From: Selaginella moellendorffii
Lineage: Eukaryota; Plantae; Lycopodiophyta
DNA length: 64,000 bases
Assembly (NCBI RefSeq): GCF_000143415.4
Contig: NW_003314309.1
Location: 987,996 to 1,051,995 of the forward strand
Reading direction: 5' to 3'
Below, in pieces: positions 36,301 through 47,867 of this stretch. Numbering within the stretch: position 1 is the first letter of the stretch; each line of letters begins with the position of its first letter. The position numbers and the translations under genes were made by a program. Under the pieces are notes generated by a model. That model was given only the letters and a program-made list of their open reading frames with translations, did not search any database and was not told where the DNA came from.

Positions 36301-36903
36301 CATTCCTTTTGGCAGCAATTCTCCTTCACACAACCGGTCAAGTTGCCTTCATTCTCCCGAATGACCCCTATTGGATGTCCTGCCTTATGAGGTATGCAAC
36401 TCGAGTCAACTTCAAGAGGTTCTCTTCCGGATGCATCATGGATAGTGTTGGGGTCGAGACCAAAGGTGTCCTAGGCATGCCAGAGAAGGTAAGAAATCAT
36501 TTTCTATTTTGGTTATCTCTAAAGTTTTATTATTCAGGTTATGATGTGGACCTACCATGTGTTCTGTAGAAAAGAAATTGACGGTTTTCGTGATAGCAAG
36601 CGTGCTGCAAGGGTTTTGCCAGGGTATGATAGCTTTATTGACATCATACCAAATCTCATAGACGACGACATCCGCAACACATTGTCTGGGTATCGGCTCC
36701 GATCTCCATCGGCGATGCATGTCCTACTTGAGCTTTATTGCCCAACTAGGGGTGTTGTCATCGATTGCACAGCAGGTAGTGGTTCGATGGTCGAAGCAGC
36801 ACGTGACTCTGGTAGATCGGTGTTTGTGATTGAAGAATATGAGTTCTTCAAACGCCGTCTTCGAGGTTTTCGTCCTTCTCTATCAGTTGCTTCTAGAAGG
36901 TAA
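33324..36903 (+). pseudogene. Multi-exon MULE cargo gene: Pro-rich region + ParB/Srx-like domain + beta-class N6A/N4C DNA methyltransferase domain
   Basis: FYIIDGNHRWCAW (~34320-34360). Motif IV-like FMLFDMPDG (~36210-36236) precedes motif X/I/II-like RSPSAMHVLLELYCPTRGVVIDCTAGSGSMVEAARDSGRSVFVIE (~36700-36835). Short introns, a premature stop at 33805-33807 and frameshifts near 36090 and 36205. Start not determined. Confidence 0.8.
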
Positions 36904-37333
36904 TTTATGATGTTTTAAAAACTTATAAATAATATATATTTAGTTTTCTAGAAGTCTTCCTAGATATGCATGGCACATCATATGCAATGTGTAAATTGAG
37001 GAGTGGTATGAAAAATCTATTTATTAATGATACATTAAAAGACAATTGAATGCATCCATTTACAATGAGAAAGATGTGTCACATGTCAATGTGATAATGA
37101 TTGTGACACTGATAGTGTCAATGCAGCAGATAGCGACAATAATAGTGTCAGTGACAGAGACAGCGTCAGTGTCAGAGATGACAAAGTTACAGTGTCAGTC
37201 TGTCAAATTTCATAATTACTAGTATTATCAGTTTATTATCTATAGGTAATACAATTTTGTTAATAAAAAAAAGGCGAGAGCGGGGGGGGGATGAATAATA
37301 TCATAGTGTAAGAATTATTAGTGGCTGGAATTT

Positions 37334-37882
37334 TCAGTTGGATGGCCTAAAAATACCATATTCAGCACTTGTGGATGTAGGATTTACTAATGGAATATTG
37401 TTCCTCACCATGAAATGATAATGATTGTGTGTTCTTAACTCTTTCTTGATTTTCTTATACATCCATTTATGCACACCTTCCACACCAGTTCTTGGGCAGT
37501 TGTGACAGTGTTCTAGAAAAGTTTCTAGACCCATACAGCCTTCCATTTTATCTAAATAAAAGTAGCAGATGGGACACTAGAGATAATATGTGTTCATTCT
37601 TTCAAAAGTTTCAACCATATCAGGAGCAAGATCTTGAAGAAACATTTGGCATCGCTCTTGAAGCACATAAGGCAATCCATCTTTAGTAGCAACATCTAGA
37701 ACATTATCTGGAAGAGGGATCTCTTATTCAGTCACACTTGGGGCTACAAAAGAAAAAGCCTCACAACGATTGATGTATGGAGGGAAGGGTGGAATGTTGG
37801 TAGAAGTTGGAGATGGAGGTGGAGACTCATATGAAATGCATGGGGGCCAAGTGCGAGTAGCAATAGCATTTTCCCTAACCAT
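37334..37882 (-). pseudogene. Small Cys/His zinc-finger-like protein, disrupted paralog of 38141-38704
   Basis: EGCMGLETFLEHCHNCPRTGVEGVHKWMYKKIKKEL matches the neighbouring ORF; the upstream part is interrupted. Confidence 0.7.
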
Positions 37883-38140
37883 TCCTACACTCTAAACAAA
37901 CTGAAATTTCAATGTTGAAAGCATCCCTTGTTGGTATTTATACTAAGAAAAGATCTAGGGGTTTTTGAAAGTTTAAATTGTCAGTCTCAAAAATGGGACT
38001 TCAGGATTATAACAGTGTAAGAACCACTTGTATATATAATAATATCTTTATATATGCTAGAATAATATCATTCTTGAAAATATAAGATTCTCCACTTTAC
38101 TCATAAAGAATTAACCTTTTGAAAAAACTATGCATGACTT

Positions 38141-38704
38141 TTACATTACATTAAAGGGTGGCTTAAATATCCCATATTCAGCACTTACTGATGCAGTGTT
38201 CACCAATGGAATATTGTTCTCCACCATGAAATCATAATAGCTGTGTGTTTTTAATTCTTTTTTGATTTTCTTATACATCCACGTGTGCACACCTTCCAAA
38301 CCCGCTCTCGGGCATTTGCGACAATGCTCAATAAAATTTACCAAACCCATGCAACCATCTATCTTGTTTAAATAAAAGTTGCATATAGGACACTGAAGAT
38401 AATATGTATCTACATTAAGCTCCCTTGCCATATCTGGAGCAAAATCTTGAAGAAAATATTGACATCGCTCTTGAAGCATTGGAGGCAATCCAACTTTTTT
38501 AACATCATAAGGAAGGAGTTCTTGTTCAGTTGCATTCGAAGTCGCAAATGGAAGAGCCTCACAACATCCCTCAAAATGAAAAGGAGGATTGTTGCATAGA
38601 GGTGAAGGTGGATTATTGGTTGAGATTGGAGATGGAGGTGAAGACTCATATGAGAGGCCTTTGAGACCAAAAGTAAACTTCTTCCTAACCATTGCAACAC
38701 ACAA
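38141..38704 (-). CDS. Small protein with a putative CxxC...HCxxC zinc-binding domain (MULE cargo)
   Basis: Open 187-codon ORF with LQCPICNFYL...FIEHCRKCP; conservation with the tandem paralog supports coding status. Confidence 0.65.
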   Translation of the reverse strand: MCVAMVRKKFTFGLKGLSYESSPPSPISTNNPPSPLCNNPPFHFEGCCEALPFATSNATEQELLPYDVKKVGLPPMLQERCQYFLQDFAPDMARELNVDTYYLQCPICNFYLNKIDGCMGLVNFIEHCRKCPRAGLEGVHTWMYKKIKKELKTHSYYDFMVENNIPLVNTASVSAEYGIFKPPFNVM

Positions 38705-39135
38705 GAAGAATTAAACTTCTTAGCAATAAGAATTCTCTCATTAATATACTATATTTCAATCTTAGGAATGATGTTTTATTATGACATGACACTATATTGA
38801 ATGATAATTGTCAGTCTTAGTAATTACAACCTACTATGAGAGACAAGTGGCTATAGGGTTTCAGAAGCTAAAAACTAGCATATAATTAATATGTAGCCTT
38901 ATTTTATATAGTTGGCCTGCCATATATAATAATAGCGAATATACACAGGCACACGAGTATGCCTTTTTGCAAGATTACCTTTCAATCCCAAAATCATATA
39001 TAGATTTAATTCTTTGATTTATCCATATCATATATCTTTGCAAAGACAAAACATATCAAAAGGAATAAGATATATATAAAAAACTTACATTTTTTTATAA
39101 TATTTTAGTGGATTACAAAAGCCATTGAAAGGTTT

Positions 39136-39386
39136 ATAGAGTGGATTTATTAGTGTTTTCCGCTGTGCTGTCCATTTCTTCTTTTCTCTTGCTCTAGATT
39201 GTTATTTCGAAAGTAACAGGAGCATTTTTATCAATAGTGACAGTGGTCTCCACATTCCCAGATGGGTAATAAGGACCAGGCATGGAATATGGAGATTATG
39301 GTAGTGAAACAAAATTAACATTCTCACATTTCTGTATGCTAGAACTACTTACAGATTTTTTGTCTTCCTTGCTTCTCTGTAAACCC
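39136..39386 (-). pseudogene. Exon homologous to Sola1 exon 20683-20955
   Basis: Manual translation: KKSV...ENVNFVSLP*SPYSMPG...TIDKNAPVTFEITI*SKRKEEMDSTAENTNK. Confidence 0.7.
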
Positions 39387-39780
39387 TAAAAAATGAACAA
39401 GTGAATCAGTGTTTCAAATTATTTATATATTTCTAGTCAATTGTTGAAATGTTAAAATGTTGAAATGTATAATAGAAATTTTAGGTTCATTCGAACTTCA
39501 ATATTCCCATTTTATTTGGGACCAATAAAGCCCAAAAATTTCTATGGGTTCAGACGAACTTCTAATTCTAGAAATTGTATAAACTGCATTAGAAAGATTC
39601 AAAAAATAGAAATCTCTGAACCATTGATACTTAAATTCATAAATTTCAAGTTCACCAAAGAATAATATTTTTCTGACTTAATATTTCCTTATAAAACTTA
39701 TGGTTGACTATGTTGACTAGCATTGACTTGAGCTGAATTGAGCTCAACCCGTGAGCTCAACTCAACTTTGGACCATCCCC

Positions 39781-40261
39781 CCAATAGGGGACAGAGTCAT
39801 AGTCAAGGTGAGAATCCCAAGGGAAGTGCACATTCCATTTGAAATCAAACTTAAGCAAAAGAAGGGAGATGAGTCAAGGAGGATTCAAGTCATGTTGCTT
39901 TCAAATCCAAACATTTGCATTATCTGCCGAAGGACAGGAGACATTGGGAAAAATTGCTTGGCAAAAGGAGCAAGCATGGGGGAGGTTTAAGAGCTAATGG
40001 AGGAGAGATAAAAGATAACTAGTGGGTTGGAAGGGAAGAAATGGGGTGTCAAAGTGGAAAGAGAACCAAAGAAGAGATCTACTTCAAGTGGAGAAAGCAA
40101 GAAACCTTGAATCAAAGGTCAAAAGTTTTGATTTCCTATATATGCAAGAGTATAGACTCTCAAGTGTGGATTTGGTTTACAAGTTCACAAAAGGAAAATA
40201 TTTTTGGAATCCAATAGTTGCATGCAATGGGGGTACACTAATAATGGTTAAGGGATCATGG
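39781..40261 (+). mobile_element. L1 LINE middle fragment (ORF1 zinc knuckle, start of ORF2 endonuclease)
   Basis: NPNICIICRRTGDIGKNC (degenerate CCHC); FDFLYMQEYRL (APE 'LQE' motif). Confidence 0.7.
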
Positions 40262-43200
40262 TGTGAGACACAAAATCCCTAGGCCCCAAAGTGGAGCCGG
40301 AAGGGCGCCACATGGTAGTGGCCGAAGCGAGAGCCAAACGAGCGTAACACGTTTGGACCAAAAGCTCCGACTTGAAAAGTCAAGAGCGGGAGTGGAACTC
40401 TCAACGAAGTGCTCGAGGAACGAGCACGAAGAGAGCAAAAGGCGAGGCTCCAAAAAGGGACCCAAAAGGGCCAACACATGACATGTCGGAGTGTCCAAGA
40501 TGGACTCGAGTTGGAGTCCAAAGTGGAGTCCGAGATGGACCCGAGTTGGAGTCCGAAGTGGAGTCCGAGATGGACCCGAGTTGGAGTCCGAAGTGGAGTC
40601 CGAGATGGACCCGAGATGGAGTCCGAGATGGAGTCCGAAGTGGAGTCCAAGGTGGACCCGAGATGGACCTGAGTTGGAGTCCGAAGTGGAGTTCGAGATG
40701 GACCCGAGATGGAGTCCGAGATGGAGTCCGAGATGGAGTCCGAGGTGGACCCGAGATGGACCCGAAATGGAGTCCGAGATGGAGTCCGAGATGGACCCGA
40801 GATGGAGTCCGAGATGGAGTCCGAGATGGACCCGAGATGGACCCGAGATGGAGTCCAAGCTGGAGTCCGAGATGGAGTCCGAGATGGAGTCCGAGATGGA
40901 GTCCGAAGCCGAGACCGAGACCGAGATCGGGACCGAGACCAAGACCGAGGCCGAGGCCGAGACCGAGCCCGAGCCCGAGTCCGAGTCCGAGTCCGAGTCC
41001 GAGTCCGAGTCCGGAGCCTGAGAGGGTGAAAGCCCAAAGCGTTCGTCTCCCAGACCCTGGGGGGTTTGGTGAGCTCCAAAAGTATAGTAGGGGGGAGGAC
41101 TGCAGTGGAGCCAGTTTGGCCAGGAAAGGCCAGTTTGGCCCAGGAAGGCCGGACCCAGTGTTGGGTGATGAGCTGCCCACTGGGAAGTCCAAGACTAGAG
41201 TGAACACAGACCGACAAGTGGGGTAGCTTGGTGAAGTGTTCAAGAGCCGGCTCTAGTTCCCCCGGGAGATCGACTGGCCGATGCTCCCAGTCCAAGTGTG
41301 GGTGGCACTACCTACTTGGATACCTGGTGTGGCTCAACGGAACCCGCTCTAAGCCCATGGCTAGAGCACCCAAGGGCAGAAGGCGAGGAGAGTACCCAGG
41401 TGGCTCGCGTAAGGCCACGGTGTTCCGAAATGTTGTCCCAAAGGCCCAGACTGTGGAAAGGAAGAGGAGCAGTCCTCTGGGGTAGTGACCAAGGACACAG
41501 TCGTGTGGTGAGGAAGTCCCAGAGGACTGTGGGACTTAGTGGTCGGGCCTGTGGGTCTCGATCCAGTGGCAGTGTTGGCAAACACGGCCAGGGGCAGAAA
41601 GGGACTTAGTGGGGACTGACAGAGGGATATTGGGGAAGGCTATTCCCCTTGTCGGTGGGCATCCTAAGGATGCTAAGGAGTGGATTTGAGATGACCACTC
41701 ACGGATGGTTTGCCTAGTCTTGGAGAGCCAAGACGGTGATGCAAGTGGTATTGGACCACCAGTGTGGCAAAGGTGATTGGGCATGTCCTTAGCGTAATGG
41801 GCTGCTATGTCGGTGGTACCTTTGAGTGTCGGTCATGGGATCGGACACGTGGAGCACTTGGACCAAGTGCAAATGTTGAGTGGCATGGATGCCATTCTCG
41901 GGGCTAGCAAGTCCCAAGTCCTGGATTGGACTTATGGAGGTTGTGAATGAGACTCCTCCAAGTGGTCAGAGGTGTGGTTAAGTGACTAAAGTAGAATGGA
42001 AAATTTAGTCGCTTACAATTTGGTATTGGAGCTGTTCCTTAGTCCGACTTTTATTGGTGCTCAAGTATATCACCACTAGTGTTGGCATCGGAAGGTCCGA
42101 GGAGTGGGCCTATCCTTGAGGAGTAGCAAGTCGGGAAGACATGGCTCTCCATTACAGTTCATGTGTGAACTTGTAGACGAGGTGGTGGATAGAAAAGGGC
42201 CAATAATGGAACGACTTTGGGATCTTGGGAACAGTATATGGTTTTCCTCAAAGAGTTGAGGATGTGATCCAGATGAGCGTTTGACTTAGCAAACTGACTA
42301 ATGTAGTTGTGGTAAACAACTACAGTTGGGATCACGGGAAAGATAAAGACTCCAAAGCAATAAAGGAGTCACAAGATTTTTCTCATATAGTTGAGGTTGG
42401 TGCTCATGAATGTGAGACCAGAAGTAATGACCGTGGGAGGTCAAATACGGAAGAGGACTCAAGTCCTTGAAAAGGTAGCCGGGGCTACCTCTAATAAATG
42501 CTGGAACAACCCAAGGAGTTGGGGGTGTATTAAGTGGATGAGTTGGTGTTCTCATCACATGGACAAGTAGTCCTAAGGGGCAAAGGTTGCCCCCAGAGAA
42601 CAAAATCAAGTGTCGGAGTAACACTTGTGAAAATAGTCCTTTTGAGTAGGACAGGAATGCAAGAAGTGTATTCCAGTGAGCTAGTGCCTCACAAGTAAGA
42701 CCTTACGGGTCTGTGGATTAACCAAGTCCAAAACTGCTGGATGACTCAAGTAGAGTCAACGGATGGTCCTAAAAGGACTGATGGAAGCATTTGGACTGAG
42801 GTGTGTTGTACCCCACAAAGGATGGGGGGGGGGATCATAGGATCTAAGGATGAGAACAGAGGGTATCTCATCGATGGCAAAATGTGCCATGCTAAAGTTA
42901 TGGGAAAGGTGTTCCCAGAAGAAAACAACTTTGACATAGAGTTGTGTGTGACCTCTATGGTGCAGTGCTAACTGATGGTTGGCATGAGAAAGAGCGGTGT
43001 TGGTCTTGGCAAAGACTTAGACACAAGGGGAAATGTCATAGAGGTAGGCTCGTGGAGCCGATGGTGTGGAGACACCAAATGTGCCAAGGTGTGATACCTT
43101 GAGGCTATGTTGGTGGGTTCATGAGAACCCCTTGCCAAAGGAATCCCAATGGAAATGGGAATGGCATAGCCTAAGCTGCAGAGCATGCAGTTGGAGTGTG

Positions 43201-46200
43201 GTGACCCAAATAATGATGGAGGTGTGAAAGCACCAAGCAATGAGTTGTAGGACTTGACAACTATGAGGCAACTAAGCAAGAGGTGCAAAATAACTGGTTA
43301 AACGGGTAGAAAGTAGCTACCCAAGACTTCTTAATAGCATAGGGAAGTTGGATATACCCTTACGGGGGATAAGTTGCTTGTGTTGCGATATAGTAAGTCA
43401 ATGTCATAAAAGGAAATACTCATTGTCAAAAAGCCATCATTGGGACACCCGAACACTCTAGAACACCAGAAGGTGGTGTTTGATGTCGCGAGGGCAATGG
43501 ATAAAGCCCAAGGGGCTAAGTCCCTAGCGAATGATGGATAGAAGGTGCTATCCAAATGTCCAAGGTTACGGAGACAGGAGAGGACTGTCTACCCGAGTTG
43601 GACAAAACCAAAAATGGAATTTTGGCAAGGCTAGTGATGGGCATGCAAAGGCCCATAAGCAACAATGTAATCCCAGTGTGTGGGATTATAAGGTGAGCAT
43701 ACCCGGATTGAGGAACCACTCCCTAGGCTATTGGGTAGGTTCATCCCTAAGAATACTTGCTAAAGCATGATAGAAAGTGCAAAGCTATCCTCCTGGTCTA
43801 GAGGAGAATGACCAAAGGAAAGGTGTGAAGCCAAAAAGCAAGAAGTAAGGGGATAGAACCGAACCGTAGGAATCAAAGGGCATAACCAAGGTTGGTTATG
43901 CCAGTTGGGAGTGGAGAATCAAGTGGGGGCTCGAGGGTGTTGCCGCTAGCAACCGTGATGCCATAGAGAGTCTAAAATATGGAATTGTCCATGTTAGACT
44001 AGGTGGCATTTAGAAGGCTTGCAAAAAGGGAGGCCTTAGCAAGCTGAGGGATAGAGTTCCTTCAAGGTTCCCAAAGACGATTCTAGGTAGCTTAGTACCT
44101 AGAAAGGCCAAGTGTAAATGGTTCATGGAATGCGCGAAATCAGAGTGGCGCAGCAGAAGCGTGGTCTTGAAGCTTGCCATGAGGCAAGGTTATCAAGGTT
44201 AGGGAAGTAGTTCCCGAGTGTTCAAAGAGAGGGCTTTGAACGAAAGTCGATGGTCAAGGACTTTCACGCTTATGCAGGAACCATGTTACAGTGGTCGGAG
44301 GACTTGCCAAGCGAGATTGGCACGTCGGGGGAACAAATACCCTAGTTGAAGGTGATAACTTCAAAAAGGGTGGGCCATGGGGCCGAGCATGGAAGAGTCC
44401 ATGCATGATCACAAACATGTCAAGTGAGAGGACTTGGCAGTGTGGAGGAACTAGGTTCCTAAACTGTGATCTGTAGCGCGCTTTAAAAATAAGTTGGTGC
44501 ACCGGCGTGGGGAGTCACGCCAGGCATCTTGTGTGATGCCGTCCGTAGATGCATATACGGAGGTTGGGTTCAAGTCCCAACCCTCTAGTGCTTGGGTTCG
44601 AGTCCCAAATCACTAGGGCGTGGTGATGGTTTGGAATATGAGGACACTCATATTTCGGTGGTCATGGACTCTCAGTGGGGAGACTGGTTTGGGCACACCG
44701 CCAAGCGAGGGATGCCTCGGAGTCGTGATGCACGGTTAGATTGCTTAGTGTGAAAGCTCAGCATATCTAACTTGACCACTTTGGTGCAAGTGGCACCAAG
44801 GTCGTGGTGAGTGAGATGGGGACACCTAATCTCAGTTGCTATGAACCCTTGGCCGTAAGGGCTAGCTTGGGTGCACCGCCAAGTGTGGGGGATGCCCCCG
44901 GGGTTATAGTCAACAACTTGGAGATCTAGAAGACCAAGTACCTCTTGGCAACTCTGTTAAGGTGCCAAGGTGAGATCACCAGGTGATCTTATGGCCAGAT
45001 AAGGACAAGGTCCTTGGTTGGCTAAGGAATGAAGTTCCTGGTTCAAAATGTTGAAATTGAACTGTTTAAGGTGGTGTGGCTTGGTCGTGATGACCAAGTG
45101 GGAAGAGCACCTAAGGGAAATAAACTATGTCTGTGCGATGGCATAGTGAGTCCGAGGAAAGTAGTCTCTATAAAAGACCCATGGGAGGGTCACGAAGTTG
45201 GGCCGTGGATAGAGCCCATAGCAGAAGATGCTAAAGAGACGTACTAGGGGTGAACATCCTTCGGACTTGGCAAAGAAGAGTCTTTGCTATGGAATCGAAA
45301 CAATACCTCAAGGAGGGAGGTAGAGATTCGATGGTGCTTGGTGCAACAATCAACGGATAGGAGCAAAAGATGAGTGGCCAAGATAGGGCTGTGGAATCCC
45401 TTGGAAGGAATCCAAGTGACAAAGTTAGGCGAGGAACACTAATGTGTTGGACGCTAACAAGTTGCGGGAAAGGAAGTGTGTTTCCAAGGAGGGATTCCGA
45501 AATGCTCCGATTTGGCGAAAGTGGAAGCTCCAAGGGAGGGAGCGGTAAGGTAACCAAATGATAGGGCCATGAACAGCCCTAGCACAAAGTATGATAACTG
45601 GAACTTTGGCACGAAATAGAAGAAAGGATGATGGTGCCCTCGAGTAGAGAACTTCCTAGGATGGGAAGTGGAGTTGCACAAAAGGTGCAAGGCAAGATGT
45701 CGGAGACACCTAGGAAATTGACTCCAAGAAGTCAAAATTCAAAGTTCCAAAGTGCAAAGGTTATATCGATGGAAATTGAGACTACTCGAGAAAGAGTAGT
45801 GGGATTGACTTAGAGAAGGGTCTCTAAGAGGTTTAGCGAGAACTAAACCAATAAAAGGAGAGAACCAGTATATGTGGTCCAATCAGTCTCTAAGTTGGAG
45901 AGACTACCCTTCTTAGAGGATATGCAAAAGGCATGGTGAGCCTTCAATGTCCAACCATTGACGAATATGGAGAAGGCATGGTGAGCCTTCAAGGTCACAC
46001 CATTGACAAATATTGGCTACGCGCCAAGGATGGAAATGGTAACACATGCGGGTGTTACTTTATAAAATGGTTCACCGTTCGATGAGGACATCGAACTTCG
46101 TCTATGGGTGGTGGAGTTGTGAGACACAAAATCCCTAGGCCCCAAAGTGGAGCCGGAAGGGCGCCACATGGTAGTGGCCGAAGCGAGAGCCAAACGAGCG

Positions 46201-47867
46201 TAACACGTTTGGACCAAAAACTCCGACTTGAAAAGTCAAGAGCGGGAGTGGAACTCCCAACGAAGTGCTCGAGGAACGAGCACGAAGCGAGCAAAAGGCG
46301 AGGCTCCAAAAAGGGACCCAAAAGGGCCAACATATGACATGTGGGAGTGTCCGAGATGGACTCGAGTTGGAGTCCGAAGTGGAGTCCGAGATGGACCCGA
46401 GTTGGAGTCCGAAGTGGAGTCCGAGATGGACCCGAGTTGGAGTCCGAAGTGGAGTCCGAGATGGACCCGAGATGGAGTCCGAGATGGAGTCCGAAGTGGA
46501 GTCCAAGGTGGACCCGAGATGGACCCGAGTTGGAGTCCGAAGTGGAGTTCGAGATGGACCCGAGATGGAGTCCGAGATGGAGTCCGAGATGGAGTCCGAG
46601 GTGGACCCGAGATGGACCCGAAATGGAGTCTGAGATGGAGTCCGAGATGGACCCGAGATGGAGTCCGAGATGGAGTCCGAGATGGACCCGAGATGGACCC
46701 GAGATGGAGTCCAAGCTGGAGTCCGAGATGGAGTCCGAGATGGAGTCCGAAGCCGAGACCGAGACCGAGATCGGGACCGAGACCGAGACCGAGGCCGAGG
46801 CCGAGACCGAGCCCGAGCCCGAGTCCGAGTCCGAGTCCGAGTCCGAGTCCGAGTCCGAGTCCGGAGCCTGAGAGGGTGAAAGCCCAAAGCGTTCGTCTCC
46901 CAGACCCTGGGGGGTTTGGTGAGCTCCAAAAGTATAGTAGGGGGGAGGACTGCAGTGGAGCCAGTTTGGCCAGGAAAGGCCAGTTTGGCCCAGGAAGGCC
47001 GGACCCAGTGTTGGGTGATGAGCTGCCCACTGGGAAGTCCAAGACTAGAGTGAACACAGACCGACAAGTGGGGTAGCTTGGTGAAGTGTTCAAGAGCCGG
47101 CTCTAGTTCCCCCGGGAGATCGACTGGCCGATGCTCCCAGTCCAAGTGTGGGTGGCACTACCTACTTGGATACCTGGTGTGGCTCAACGGAACCCGCTCT
47201 AAGCCCATGGCTAGAGCACCCAAGGGCAGAAGGCGAGGAGAGTACCCAGGTGGCTCGCGTAAGGCCACGGTGTTCCGAAATGTTGTCCCAAAGGCCCAGA
47301 CTGTGGAAAGGAAGAGGAGCAGTCCTCTGGGGTAGTGACCAAGGACACAGTCGTGTGGTGAAGAAGTCCCAGAGGACTGTGGGACTTAGTGGTCGGGCCT
47401 ATGGGTCTCGATCCAGTGGCAGTGTTAGCAAACACGGCCAGGGGCAGAAAGGGACTTAGTGGGGACTGACAGAGGGATATTGGGGAAGGCTATTCCCCTT
47501 GTCGGTGGGCATCCTAAGGATGCTAAGGAGTGGATCTGAGATGACCACTCACGGATGGTTTGCCTAGTCTTGGAGAGCCAAGACGGTGATGCAAGTGGTA
47601 TTGGACCACCAGTGTGGCAAAGGTGATTGGGCATGTCCTTAGCGTAATGGGCTGCTATGTCGGTGGTACCTTTGAGTGTCGGTCATGGGATCGGACACGT
47701 GGAGCACTTGGACCAAGTGCAAATGTTGAGTGGCATGGACGCCATTCTCGGGGCTAGCAAGTCCCAAGTCCTGGATTGGACTTATGGAGGTTGTGAATGA
47801 GACTCCTCCAAGTGGTCAGAGGTGTGGTTAAGTGACTAAAGTAGAATGGAAAATTTAGTCGCTTACA
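40262..47867 (+). mobile_element. Non-autonomous LTR retrotransposon (LARD-like), 7.6 kb, young
   Basis: Near-identical LTRs 40262-42017 and 46118-47867 (TG..CA); TSD CATGG at 40257-40261 and 47868-47872; degenerate iMet PBS TGGTATTGGAGC at 42021-42032; PPT at ~46106-46117; no gag/pol ORF in the 4.1-kb interior. Confidence 0.92.
40495..41012 (+). repeat. 11/12-bp and 6-bp minisatellite inside the LTR (copy at ~46350-46862)
   Basis: Arrays of GAGATGGAGTCC / GAGATGGACCC grading into (CCGAGN)n. Confidence 0.9.

Larger units (their letters stand above)
16690..39780. mobile_element. Mutator-like (MULE) DNA transposon, 23.1 kb including the nested Sola1 (~11.1 kb without it)
   Basis: Imperfect TIRs: GAGCGTGGACCATATTTGAG at the left end vs GGGGATGGTCCAAAGTTGAG (reverse complement of the right end), with TTGAGCT subrepeats. 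TSD CCAATAGG at 16682-16689 and 39781-39788. Encodes a DDE+SWIM transposase. Confidence 0.85.

Noticed and set aside
26798-36903. Bacterial/phage contamination or prophage as the source of the ParB-MTase genes
   Set aside because: The genes have spliceosomal-type introns and sit within TSD-bounded eukaryotic transposons nested in a plant LINE.
44562-44609. tRNA gene
   Set aside because: Only T-arm-like hairpins; no cloverleaf could be built.
40256-47145. Long SR/GL/ES-repeat ORFs on both strands in the two LTRs
   Set aside because: Stop-free frames generated by the LTR minisatellite; no domain content.
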